Positions 1 through 12,539 are shown, counted from the stretch's first letter. The stretch is 64,000 nt of DNA from Octopus vulgaris (GCA_951406725.2 OX597818.1:88908001-88972000), one strand, 5' to 3'. Notes: generated by a model not told the origin, from the letters alone. Program-made: numbers and translations.

Positions 1-371
1 TCCACCTGAATCTGACAGGACAATGGATTTATTCCAAAGTAGGTCGCAACCAACTGTCCTTAAACTGAACCACAACACTATATATATGAAAGAAATGGAA
101 CTTTACCCATTAGATTTTTCTCTGTATATATATGCATATATGAATATCATTTAGATATGTATATGAGCATGTCTAGGTATGCAAATATATGCACGAGAAT
201 ATATGCACATAAAACATACACACATGCAAACATACATATATACATACATACAAAAATACCCTGTTGTTGACGTTGACATTCCAATGAAGGAGCCTTGGGT
301 CTAGTTTAGAAACCAGTTCTTTCTCTATTGGCAAGAAATATTGAAATAAACTGAATAATGACATAAATACA

Positions 372-386
372 TGTGTGTGTGTGTTT

Positions 387-435
<49 letters not shown>
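372..435. repeat. (TG)n microsatellite, one of dozens of TG/TA/TACA/GATA arrays in the window
   Basis: Directly visible dinucleotide array; it produces the spurious THTH/CVCV ORFs. Confidence 0.95.
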
Positions 436-440
<5 letters not shown>

Positions 441-1200
441 ACTATGCATACTATGTTTATACTTAATGTATATGCATCGTTGACAAGCAACTTGCTGCGG
501 TATTCCTCTGGCATAAAATTTCTTATAGATGTGTTCTGTTTAAAAATATTAATCCCAGTTTAAAGCACTGCAAACTTATTCTGCTAAAACAAATAATTAA
601 AACGGAATTGCAACTCCATCCAGCTAAAAGCTATTTTATTCAGAATGCTATAATGTTCTCCTTACCTTACCAATATTCTTGCTTCTCCGAGGGTTGGACA
701 GGCAGAATACGTAGAACAACAGACAAAATGACTTGCTGTTTTAGTAGGGTTCTTTTACATTCTCAGTTCAAATACTTCCGTTGTAGATTTTATATTTTAT
801 CATTCCAAGATTGATAAAATGATATAGTACCAGTAAAATACTGAGAGCAATAAAATCTACAAAGTGTCAACCATACTAAACTTGTTCAGCAAACGTAAAC
901 CTCTTGTAATGGTAAAGATCCTTTTAATTGTAACACGATAAAATAGTTTCATTGAAAGATGTGTGGGTCATACTATCAAACCACAAGAAATGGCTATTGT
1001 GAATTATAACAATGGACTCTCCTGTCAAAGACGACGTTTGAGTGATCAGGTTTAGCCGATTGACCTGCACAAAGGACTTATTTATATTGATCAAATGTTT
1101 GTTTATTGTGATCAAATATTTGTGCTCACTTTCTCCCTCAAATCGACGTTGTCTGAACAGGAACATGGTGTGCTACACGTTAGGTGTCGAAGTGTTCACA

Positions 1201-1286
1201 GAGCAACGTGAGATGAAGTGTTTTGCTCAAGAACACAATGCAACATCCGGTCTGGGAATTGAAATCAAGATCTAACGATCAGAGCC
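1201..1286 (-). mobile_element. tRNA-derived SINE 5' fragment (decayed)
   Basis: gagcaacgtgagatgaagtgttttgctcaagaacacaa matches the copies at about 20297-20400 and 39184-39290. Confidence 0.7.
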
Positions 1287-1390
1287 TTGCATATGAAGTG
1301 CACTTGGGACTGAACTTTCCGTAGTAGAAACAGCTGTAAGCTAGTGAAATACATTATATAACATTTGCCTTTTCTGGTGTCGTCCCTTTG

Positions 1391-1447
<57 letters not shown>

Positions 1448-2032
1448 GTATGTATATAAATCTGTACACTTACATTCGTCCGCCAATAAAGTTCGTTGCT
1501 TCTTCTCAAAATTAGGAATGAATACTCCCGCATTATAAAATATCCAGAGAAAGGTAGTTTCAAACATTTCCTATCCTACAAGAGCACCAGTTTATCGTGT
1601 CTTTTGTTTGTTTGTTTGTTTGTTTGTTTGTTTGTTTCATTCTAGAAACAGGAATGAATATGTAAACAAACAAACAGCTATATTTACGTATGTCCTGTTG
1701 GAATGTGAGAATCTTTCAGAATGGGGAAATTGGCAAGAGACTTGAATATCGCAGTCTCCTCTATAACAGAAATTAATCAGGTGGGACCGACACACTGTCA
1801 AGTTGATTCGTTGTGGCTGGGACTTATCATGTAGAAGGATGTCCTCATTTGTAATTCAATCTAGCAGAGGGGCTTGAGAATCTGCGTTGGGAATTTTTCG
1901 CGTAATGTATCTTGGCCGTTATTTTCCTTGTTTCTCTGCCATATGGAACAGTGACGGTTCGTTTCATTTTCATTGTCATGTTCGATCGCATGCGATTCTT
2001 GCATCTGTCATATGTGTAGATCCCATTTTCAA

Positions 2033-2290
2033 CCAATGAAAGTCAAGTGTACACGTGATAATTCTAGAAAGTCCTTGTATCGACGGCTATATAAGAAACC
2101 GAATTTGGCGTGATATTTCAGAGAGAATTTGGTTTACCTCGCCGCAGTCACGACAGGTCAGCTCTCAAACAGTTCTAACAGCTTCAAATTCAAACAGACA
2201 TGATTCCTCTTAATAGATACTTTTAGCAGCTTATCACCATCTCGGATGAAAAGATCAACGCCATACGTTTTTGCAACAATGTGCCGATTA
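2033..2290 (+). promoter_or_regulatory. Pol II core-promoter-like arrangement before a dead ORF start, probably a DNA-transposon relic
   Basis: CCAAT 2033-2037, CACGTG 2052-2057, TATATAAG 2088-2095, ATG 2200 followed by MIPLNRYF*QLITISDEKINAIRF. Confidence 0.3.
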
Positions 2291-3084
2291 GTTTAATCAT
2301 TAATATTTCAACTCTTATAAATATGATGTTCTTATAATTTGACGCTGAATTTTTCATGAAGTCCTGTACAATTGCAGCAATAAATATATATGTAAACTGC
2401 AGTCAAGTCTTCTTATAACCACCCGCTACAGAACCATTGACAGAGATATTACATAATCGAATAGTGTGTGTGTCTGTGTCTGTGTGTAAGTGTAGAATAT
2501 TATGTTTTTATTCATCATACAGTCGATGACATATCTCAGAGCTTGCCTGATTATAGACAAGGTGGACTATAAACTCGATGTTGGTGTCTACAGAAGAATT
2601 GAAGACATGAAGACGAAAGGAAAATAGTGTTGCATATTTTAGAAGAAACTTTAACAGATTATGACGTCATAATAGAAATATAAAAAAATTTTCAATCCTG
2701 ATATGTTCTATATTCAAAATTGAGTATTGAATTCACGTCATAATAGAAATTGTTTCCCTACCCGACAAATGGGCATCTTTGAAGTTTTTGAAATTTATTA
2801 AAATTTTCGATGACTTCAAACGTTAAACCAGATCTGAGCAGATCTCTACCACTGTTTCCTTCACATCGGTGGTTAACTGCATACATTTTCTGGAGAGGCG
2901 TAAGAAGAGGGAGCGTAATTTTTAGGGTAAGTTAGTACCATCCCAAAATAATTATATTTAAAATTTTGTGTTATATAATAGCACAACGTTGATTTTTTTA
3001 AACAAAATTTTAGCGGACTGTTTGTGCGTATGCGTTTGCATGTGTATGTAGAGATTTCACGAAAAAAAAAGATGAAGACAGGTG

Positions 3085-3235
3085 GTGTAGGAAACATACA
3101 GATGTATAAATATAACGCTCGGGAATTGAAAAGGTCCTTTTACGTTTCGAGCCTACGCTCTGCCAAAGAAAAGAACACAGAAAGAAACAAGGAGAGAAAC
3201 AAAGAGAAAAAAAATGTGTGTAGTGGCTACGTGTC
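3085..3235 (-). mobile_element. Probable PLE terminal-repeat relic with a broken minimal hammerhead
   Basis: Minus strand reads GAGC-GTAG-GCTC-GAAA-CGTA at 3160-3141 (stem II, GAAA, GUA); the CUGANGA box is missing. Confidence 0.45.
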
Positions 3236-4208
3236 CATGTGAATGTTTGTTAGTCATCAAGAATATTGTCTTTTTTCTAAGTGTTATATGTATGTACATA
3301 TGTGTGTGTGTATGGACGTGTGTGTATGCATGTGTGTGTCTTTATTATAAATGAATATGAATAACGTCTTTGTATACAAAAGGTGTACGTATTTATTGGA
3401 TGGCTTTTCGTATGTGCAACTACACGTTCTTTTCGTTTTCTTAGTTATCAAAAATTAGGCAAAAATCTCGCGGAATATATTGGTATATAAATTAACAAAA
3501 TCCTTCAATTTTGAAGCTTCTAAGCGTAGTAGGTTTTGAAATGGTTAATTTTAAGGGTAACATTTTATCGCAACTATGCAGTGATTAGTCTAAAAATAAG
3601 ATACATACATATAAACCAGCTGTAAGCATTCGAATTTTAATATTACGTAGATTTACAATAAAAAATGCCAGGGATATAATATATTTTGAACTCCCATTTT
3701 ATTTTGCATTACCACACCTACAATTTGTTTTCTTGCTTTCTTTCTGAGACAACTTCAGTTCTAATTTACAACCTAGATAAACGCGGAGTTCACAAACCCA
3801 TGTAAATGCTTTTGATCAAGCAGGAATTGAAATAGCTTCCAACATAACATTTTAAGAAATTCTGACATCGTTTAATATATATGGCAAGAGTGTGACTATT
3901 TGCGGGAGATTCGCTTTGAAGTAAAACACACACGCACACACATACACACACGCGCGTGGACATACGTAGACACACACACTCATACAAACACACATACATA
4001 CACGCACATAATACATACATACGTACATATGTGTATGTGTGTGCTTGTGTGTGTGTGCTTATGTGTGTGTGCACGTATATCTAGAGAGAGAAAGAGAAAT
4101 AATGATGCATATATATACATATATATATATATATATAAACATACACACACATACATATACACATATGTGCATACGTAGATGTGTATATGTGTGTGTGTGT
4201 ATATATAC

Positions 4209-4279
<71 letters not shown>

Positions 4280-4464
4280 TACTTGTGCAGAAAGAGACAG
4301 AGGGAGAGACAGGATGAGAGGGGATTTGGATAGATGGATCGACAGATAACAGTGATAACCTTCAATAGTTACAAGACATAAATTTCTGCATTATTTATTT
4401 CGATCTGTCTGTAAAAAATAACTACCTATTGCGCATGCATTAAACATTATTACTGTAACTGATG

Positions 4465-4815
4465 TTATTGATGATGATGACGATGATGATGATGGTGGTG
4501 GAAGGTGGTGGTGGTGATGATGGTGATGATGATGACGACAATGACGATGAAAACGACAAAAAATATGAGGCTGATTATGACGATGACAACGACAACGATG
4601 ATGATGAAGCGGAGGAGATGAAGGGGAGGGGGTGAAAAAAGACGTTGATGACGACGACGACAGCAAATATGAAGGTGATGGTTTTGATGATGATGATGAC
4701 GACGACGACGACGACGATGATGATGATGATTAGGGGGAGGAGGAGATGAAGAGGAGGTGAACAAAGACATTGAAGACGACGACGGCAGCAAATATATTTG
4801 CTGTCGTCGTCGTAG

Positions 4816-4857
<42 letters not shown>

Positions 4858-5035
4858 CGATGATGATGACGATGATGATGATGATGATGACGATGATGAT
4901 GACGACGATGATGATGATGATGATCACGATGATGATGATCACGATGATGATGAGGATCACGATGATGACGGTGATAATGGTGATGACGATGATCACGATG
5001 ATGATGATGATGAGGAGGAGGAGGAGGAGGAGAAG
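4465..5035. repeat. Compound (GAT/GAC/GGT/GAG)n trinucleotide array
   Basis: Directly visible; gives poly-D/M/I/H pseudo-ORFs. Confidence 0.95.
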
Positions 5036-5374
5036 GGGAAGGAAAAGCAAATGTGTGATAATGATAACGTTGCTTTCGTTTTATTCCAACAGTTTTCTTT
5101 ATTGCTGGTCACCGTGGTCTGTGTTCGTCCGTTCTTTGCCAGTTTGGACATCCAGTGATGTTACATTAAATATACACACCAAACCACAATACCCCATATG
5201 CATTGCTTTGTAGTTGCTGTAGTTTAGCCCCGAATATCCATTCTGAAGCCCTCTCTAATTGATAGTCCGATAATCAAACCTGCTCCATCCGTTATAATCA
5301 AATCAGTCCAGTCCCTCTTATTTTGCATGTGTGTATATATACACATGTTTATATACGTATTTATGTATCTATAT

Positions 5375-5770
5375 ATTGGTTTCAAATTTTGGAACAATGC
5401 CAGCTAGTTCGAGGAAAGGGAGTAAGTAAATTATGTTATCCCTAGTGCTCGACCCCGAAATGATGAATGGCAAAGTCGACATCGTAGGAATTGGGTCTCA
5501 AAACGAAAAGACGAACTAAATGCCGCTAAGCATTTTGCCCAATACGCTAACGATTCTGCCAGCTCGCCGCTTTAATAATAATGATAACAGTAATCCTTTC
5601 TATTAAAGGCACAAGGCCTGGAATTTTGTTTTTTGGGGGGTGTGGGTGGACTAGTCGATTACATCGACCCTAGTGTTTCATTGGTATTTTATTTATCGAT
5701 ACTGAAAGGGTGAAAGGCGAAGTCAACCTTGGCGGAACTCGAACTCAGAACGTAGCGACGGGAGAAATAC
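5375..5770 (-). mobile_element. Two tandem copies of tRNA-derived SINE family C
   Basis: Reverse complement of ggcggcgagctggcagaatcgttagc...ttctgagttc...gactttgcctttcatcctttcggggtcga, as seen at 45739, 56620 and 61685. Confidence 0.85.
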
Positions 5771-5794
5771 AATGATAAAAATATAGAAATGAAA

Positions 5795-5920
5795 ACGAAA
5801 ACTGAGGAGGCTAATGAAGTCAAAGCTAAATGGTCTGAATCTAGTGAAGGCTGTAAATACTAGGGCAGTATTATTACTCAGATACTCAGCAGCTTTTGTA
5901 GATTGGACAAGAACTGAATT
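5795..5920 (+). mobile_element. R4/Dong-clade LINE fragment (post-RT region)
   Basis: LRRLMKSKLNGLNLVKAVNTxAVxLLRYSAAFVDWTRTEL, homologous to the 8165-8290 segment. Confidence 0.7.
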
Positions 5921-7851
5921 ATCTCCGAAAACGCATAAAACTCCAGAAAGGAAAGAAGAGAACACAACAGAGATATCACTGCAAACAGTAAATAAAAGGC
6001 TAAACCAAAGTAAAATCTCTGTATAGCTAACCAACCCTGAAATAAATAGATTAGCACAGCATATCAACAACATACACAAGCGAATACTGAAGCGCAAAAC
6101 AAGAACAAAAATAACACATACCAAAGCAGATGAGTTATAACCGAGGACAGAGACGAACCTAGTGAAGAAATAACAGAAGTAAAAGAACTAGACATCACAC
6201 AGTCGATAAATATGGAGCAGCGTAAACGTCTCCGCAGGCTACAAAAAAATAAACAGTTCTAAGAAAGGATAGATACAACAGAGCCTTACAAGTAATAATG
6301 ACCATATCAAAAGATACACTAGATAGCAGCAAACTAAATGACTTGATCTACTCAACAGCTGTAGTGATATCCAGGGAAACTAGACTTGATCTTTACAAGG
6401 AAAAAATCCCAGCCAAATCTCAAACCACAAAATGAAAACAGATCATAAATAAAATTCAAAAACAAAAGAAAGACTTTTCGCTACTTTGTGAATTAGAGAA
6501 AAAGGGATCAAATATGAAAAGTAAAAAAGGGCCCATGTAACAAAACAATACAACATAAAAATAAAGAAGATACTTGTGATGTAAAAGAAAAAGTTTAACA
6601 GGGCATAGCAGTAAAAACTTGCTGCATAAAACGGTATGAAAATCGGGAACGCTTCTTCCAACAAAATAGAGAATTAAAAAAAAACACAAAGTTTTATAGA
6701 AAGTTTTTAAAAAACTATATCGGTAGATGCTAAGCCTACATCAGTGATTCAGTCATACTGGGAAGCAATATGGAGCAGATCAAAAAAGCACAACAAGAAT
6801 GCTTAGTAGATTAGTAGGGAAAAGGAGAGGAAGAACGCAATAGAACAACAGATATGGCCCACCATCAGAGGTCAAGAGATCATGGACACATTGAAGAGTA
6901 GCAGCAACTGGAAAACTCCAGTTGAAATACCTCACTAGTACCCATAACCACTTAGCGGCAGCGTTCAATTTATTGATAAGAATCAACACCAAAATGGATG
7001 CTGGAAGAGCAGATCACCCTAATTCCCAAAAACAAAGACACCGTACTCCCACAAAATTACGGACCAGTTACATGCCTATTGACATCCTACAAAACTCTAA
7101 CATCAGTCATCTATAACCGGCTTATGAAGCACCTGGAAAACAGCAGTGTCTTACCAGAAGAACAAAAAGGGTGCCGGAAAGGGAAATGTGGCTATAAAGA
7201 GCAACTTCTGGTAAACCGAGCAATTATGGAGGCCTGTAAGAGGAGAAAGACAAACCTGAACATGACTTGATTGATTACCAGAAAGCATTCGACAGTGTTC
7301 CACAATCATGGTTACTGGAATCTCTCTATACAATAAAGGTAGACTCCACCACTACTAATATATATTAAACATGCAATGGCAAAACGGTAACCAGTATAGC
7401 ATTAAAAAATGACCTATAAGTTATTAAAACCTGTCCTATGCTCCATACGAAGAAAGATTTTCCAGGGAAACTTACTGTCAACCCTGCTTTTCTGCCTTTC
7501 TCTGACCCGCTAACAACCTTGCTAAACGAAACCACCATGGCTTGTAGGTGCTACGGACAAAAATAACCATCTCTTGTACATGTATGACCTAAACGTTTTC
7601 GTTAAAAGCACCATGGAACAGAAAAACGTTATCAAAATTGTTGAGTATCAGCAATGACATCTAAATGAGCATGGGGCTGGACAATTGTGCCAGTCACACT
7701 GAGAAGAGGCAAATTATTCAGCACTGCAAACACCGCACTCGATATAGACACAGAATCAGACCATAACCGCCCATACAAATATCTAGAAAAAGAAAAAAAC
7801 AGCTAAAATACAACATACAGGAATGAAAGAGAAAATTAGTAGAGCGTATTA

Positions 7852-8160
7852 TTTAATATTTCTAATTACGGTGACCAGTGAATAGATTTCACTGTAAATA
7901 TATATGTTTGTGAAAGCTAGACGGACACCTCAGTCAGCAAATCTCAGTATCCTGGGCTGATGACGGGTTAAGACCCAGAAACATGCATGTCCTCAGCTGT
8001 GAATCTTGGCTGGTGGGGGTGCTTGCCTCCCCTTCACAAATATAAGGACACAGGAAATGTGTCAAAGCCGACAGGAAGCGTCGATGCTTCCTTGGGCTAA
8101 ACAGCGGTGGTGTAATTCCCATACGGACTGTCACATTATGTTGACAGTATACAACCACTC
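7852..8160 (+). mobile_element. Retrozyme-like non-autonomous element (309 bp, non-coding, highly structured, contains a hammerhead)
   Basis: Flanked by TATTA (7847-7851 and 8161-8165). Removing it restores the LINE frame MKEKISRAYYRRVRLIL. It contains a hammerhead and several strong hairpins. Confidence 0.8.
7931..8013 (+). ncRNA. Type I hammerhead ribozyme
   Basis: Stem I CTGGG(7952-56)/CTCAG(7992-96); CTGATGA 7957-63; stem II GGGT-TAAG-ACCC; GAAA 7978-81; palindromic stem III ACATGCATGT; GTC cleavage triplet ending at 7991; stem I extended by CAG/CTG and CAGTCAG/TTGGCTG. Confidence 0.88.
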
Positions 8161-8595
8161 TATTACAGAAGAGTTAGACTAATATTAAACACTAAACTTA
8201 ATGCTAAAAATAAGATAACAGGGATAAACACGCTAGCCATACCAGTCATAAATTACAGCTTTAACATAATATACTGGAAGATCAGTGAATTGAGAAACCT
8301 AAATAGAAAAACCAAAAAACTACTAAACAGCGTATACCATCACAACGCATACGTAGACAGAATATATTTACCCTGCTCAGAAGGTGGCCGTGGCCTGATA
8401 TTGATAGAGAATTACTGTAAAATAACAACGGTTGGACTATAGAAGTACTTAGAAACAAAGAGTGGAAGACTACCTACTGCATGTAGTAAGTAACAGGAGA
8501 AAAAGAAAAGGCTTTTCTCTATACACAAGGAGGCGACAAAATACAAAACAGAAACAAACTACACTGATACACTGACCTCAGATGACAACATAACA

Positions 8596-8710
8596 TTAAG
8601 TGTACACGTGCCTGTGGAAGCGTTCAGTCATTTGCTCGTAATTTCACGAGTAGGCTGTTCCTTTGCTCGGATCAACTGCGACCCTCGTCGTCGCAACCGA
8701 CGGAGCGCCA
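8596..8710 (+). mobile_element. 3' tail of SINE family A
   Basis: Matches 42607-42720 (tacacgtg.ctgtgga...aatttcacgag.aggctgttcc...ccctcgtcgtcg.aaccgacggag). Confidence 0.8.
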
Positions 8711-8990
8711 TACACACATGCGCGTGCGCGCAGACACACACTCAGCCCCCCCACACACACATATACGTATAAACACATAATGGTACCGTCATCAGAGCCA
8801 AGTAATTTGGCAGCCGTTGTGTTGGACACTGACAACGATACCATCCCAACTGTCGTTCACTATATTTTCAGTAGATCAATCGATCAATTGATTAAACAGA
8901 ACAATAAACGCAATGCACATTTGAAGCAGCTACAAGTCTACAATGCAGAAATAAATAGATAAAGCCCTTTATTTATGCCTTTATACATAC

Positions 8991-9109
<119 letters not shown>

Positions 9110-9155
9110 CATAAATTAATCAAAATAAAAATAAAAACATGATGCCAAGGATTCA

Positions 9156-9233
9156 GCGGTACATATGTTTTGGGCCTTTATTAGACGGATTTATAACAAT
9201 GCATAATGTGTGTCTGTGGCCTTCTTCAGCCGC
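9156..9233 (-). ncRNA. PLE-type type I hammerhead, probably inactivated (G12>A)
   Basis: Minus strand: GCGG-CTGAAGA-A-GGCC-(long loop)-GGCC-C-AAAA-CATATG-TA-CCGC. Stem I GCGG/CCGC; palindromic stem III ACATATGT. Confidence 0.7.
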
Positions 9234-9429
9234 GCACAACTACTACCTCAAGGACATGTATTACATCAAAAATTCTACGTCGGGGATGCAAATCCTCTCA
9301 TTCGCGTACGACATAATGCGGCAACAGCATATATAATATATATAAATATACATGCATACATATATACATATACATATATATATAGATATATAAATTTACA
9401 CCCACTACACGTAGACCCAACGCCAATGA

Positions 9430-10935
9430 AATTAAAGACAATATTGTAGAATTCTATAGAAAACTTCGATTGACAGAATCACTAACCAACTAAAACAACG
9501 ATGGCGAATCACTAGTGAGAAAGAAAAGTAATTATCTACCACCCAAAGGAAAGAATAAACACTAGACGACTTCTGCAACCGTATCCAGAATTTTCCTCAC
9601 ACTATCTATAAACCAAAAATTTACCTAACTTCAACAACATGCAATGGAAGCACCTACCACAGCTAAAAAACGACAAAGACCTGACAATCAAAGAAGCAGA
9701 CAAATGTAGTGCTGTAGTAGGGATGGACACAGAATACTATAAAAACCTAGCATTGTCCATACTAGAAAATGACTCCTTTTGTGAAGATCTTAAATGATCT
9801 TGCATCATTAATACTCAAACATGGAAAAGGCCTGACAGAAAAAGAAAAAGGTACCTAGACGATTGTTTTATCATCTGGAATGGAACATATGATAAACTCC
9901 TGGATTTCAAATCCACACTGAATAATATAACCCCCAACATCCAATTTACGAAGGAATATAGCAAGGAACTGCTCCCATTTCTGGACATTTTGATTTTAAA
10001 AAAGTCCAACAACCAAATTGCAACTGACATTTATTACAAACCAACGGACTCAAAACAGTATCTCCTTTTCAGTTCATGCCATCCTAAACACACCAAAATA
10101 AATATCCCATTCAATCTAGCAAAAAGGATCTGTACAATTGTATCTGACACAACCACTTGGGAACTTCGCATACAAGAACTCAAAATAACACTCATTGAAC
10201 GTTAATACCCACTACACGTACAGAACATGAAATTAAACGTGCCAAAAAATTGGACACAAACACACTAAGGACAACAAAAAGAAACCACACCACACCTTAA
10301 ATCACTCCCATACATATCAACCCACAACCCCAGAAACATTGAAGCATACAACACAATTAAACAAAATCCCCCTCGGCTCACTCAAGACCCGAAAATGAAC
10401 AGCATCCTAAATACACACAAAGTACTAAAATGCAAAAGACAGGACAAATCACTCAAGAGACTCCTAACAAATACAGAACTATACTCAATACAAACGATAC
10501 CAACAGTTAAAAAGTGCAGACGACCTAATTGTGGTACATGCCAATACTTAACTGGAGGCTCGGAATTCACATTCCAGCAAGGACAAAAATTTTCAATTAA
10601 GACCAACTTCACATGTGCTTCCCAGACCTTATCTATGTCCTAACGTGCTCAGGTTGTGGTCACAATTATGTGGGCCAAACGAGCCTTACTTTGAGACGCA
10701 GAACCACGCTGCATAAAGAACAGATTCGTTTCCCTCAATACAAGCAGAGAGCACTGAGAGGACATATCAACAAATGCGCAAGTAATAAAACGCCGAATGT
10801 TCATATCTTCCCATTATACCAATGCAAAGATTCAATCTCCGTACAAGAACACCTAAACAAGGAAAATCTGTTCATACAAAGTACAGACCACACCTCAATA
10901 AAGAAATATGACCATTTAAAAAAATTATACTAAGG
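9430..10935 (+). mobile_element. Penelope-like element (Neptune-type), internally deleted RT plus GIY-YIG pseudogene
   Basis: LKNDKDLTIKEADKCSAVV, YLDDCFIIW (9852), LPFLDI, IYYKPTDSKQYL..SCHP, CRRPNCGTC linker, LIYVLTCSGCGHNYVGQT..R..H. Confidence 0.93.
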
Positions 10936-10966
10936 ACACTGTTGTCCCCCTTACCGCCTGCTGCTT

Positions 10967-11055
<89 letters not shown>

Positions 11056-11057
<2 letters not shown>

Positions 11058-11201
11058 AGGCGCAATAGCCTAGTGGTTAGGGCAGCGGACTCGCAGTCGT
11101 AGGATTGCGGTTTCGATTCTCAGACCGGGCGTTGTGAGTGTTTATTGAGCGAAAACACCTAAAAAGCTCCACGAGGTCCGGCAGGGGGTGGTGATCCCTG
11201 G
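11056..11201 (+). mobile_element. SINE family A, 3'-truncated (tRNA-like head)
   Basis: A-box tagcctagtgg, B-box ggtttcgattct; closely similar to 42344-42490. Confidence 0.9.
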
Positions 11202-11222
11202 TGTAATATATGTATATCTATA

Positions 11223-11305
<83 letters not shown>

Positions 11306-11367
11306 TATATATGTGTGTGTATATATATATATATGTATATATATGTGTATATATATAAGTATGTATA

Positions 11368-11410
<43 letters not shown>

Positions 11411-12362
11411 TCATACACATACGTATATAGATATATATTCACGAACACATACTCATGCTTCATGCTTAGATTTACAAGCTAACTGAAGCCAATTATGTAA
11501 AATTAGATCTACTCCCAAATAATCTGTTGTATTCTTCGTCATCACGAACCTCACTGCGTCATCACCATCAACATCTCGCCACTATCATACGAAACGCCAT
11601 CAGCAAAACTACACCTTCACCATCACCACCAGCATTCTCAAGTCACCAACATCATCACTATATCAAGTCGCTACTGCCACTACCACCATCAGACCCATCA
11701 CCACCACCGCCACTGTCACCGCCTTCACCTCCATCACCACCTTCACTGCCGTCATCGCCTTCACCGACAACAACTGCACCGCCATGACAACATAAAATCT
11801 AACCACACAGATAACCACAACCACCACCAACACCATTGTCACCATAATCATCAAAAATAACATCAACAATACCACCACTACCACCACGACTACTACAACC
11901 ACCACCAGCACCACCGCCGCCGCTATCAATAACAATACAATCACCAAGGTCGCCCAAACACTATTCCACCATCCCTACCACCATGACTACTACTATATTC
12001 CCCTACTTTTGAGATCCTAACGAAACTCACAACGAACAGCACAACCACTACCACTCTAACTCTTACCCTACAATCAACCCGTTCTCTACCGATTGTCGTC
12101 TCAATACTAACTCTATTACAACGAATATAACCTTCGCCATCGTTACCACTATCTCCAAAGTTTCATGCATTTATCAACGTATATCAACCTAACGATAATA
12201 TGGCTGCAGATCTACTATGTTATGAAACAAAATACATTTGTTTCGTATTTCATACACGCACACGCACACACACATACACACACATTTATATTTATGTATA
12301 CATGCGTACATATGTAGTGTGTGAGTACACACACACGCGTTCAACCATATATATACTGATAT

Positions 12363-12507
<145 letters not shown>

Positions 12508-12539
12508 TATATATATATTATATATCTATATATGCATAT

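Larger units (their letters stand above)
5921..8590 (+). mobile_element. Decayed R4/Dong-clade non-LTR retrotransposon (RT pseudogene), interrupted by an insertion at 7852-8160
   Basis: LIPK..NYGPVTCL..YKTLT..EEQKGCRKG..KEQLL..*IDYQKAFDSVP.SW, IFQGNLLSTLLFC, HLLYMYDL, then YYRRVRLILNTKLNAKNKITGINTLAIPVINYSF and GGRGL; many stops and frameshifts. Confidence 0.9.

Noticed and set aside
258-365. Possible hammerhead relic (atgaagga...agaaaccagttc)
   Set aside because: Core box and stems too degenerate to support from this copy
4757-5213. Acidic poly-Asp or poly-Met protein
   Set aside because: (GAT)n array with no splice or coding evidence
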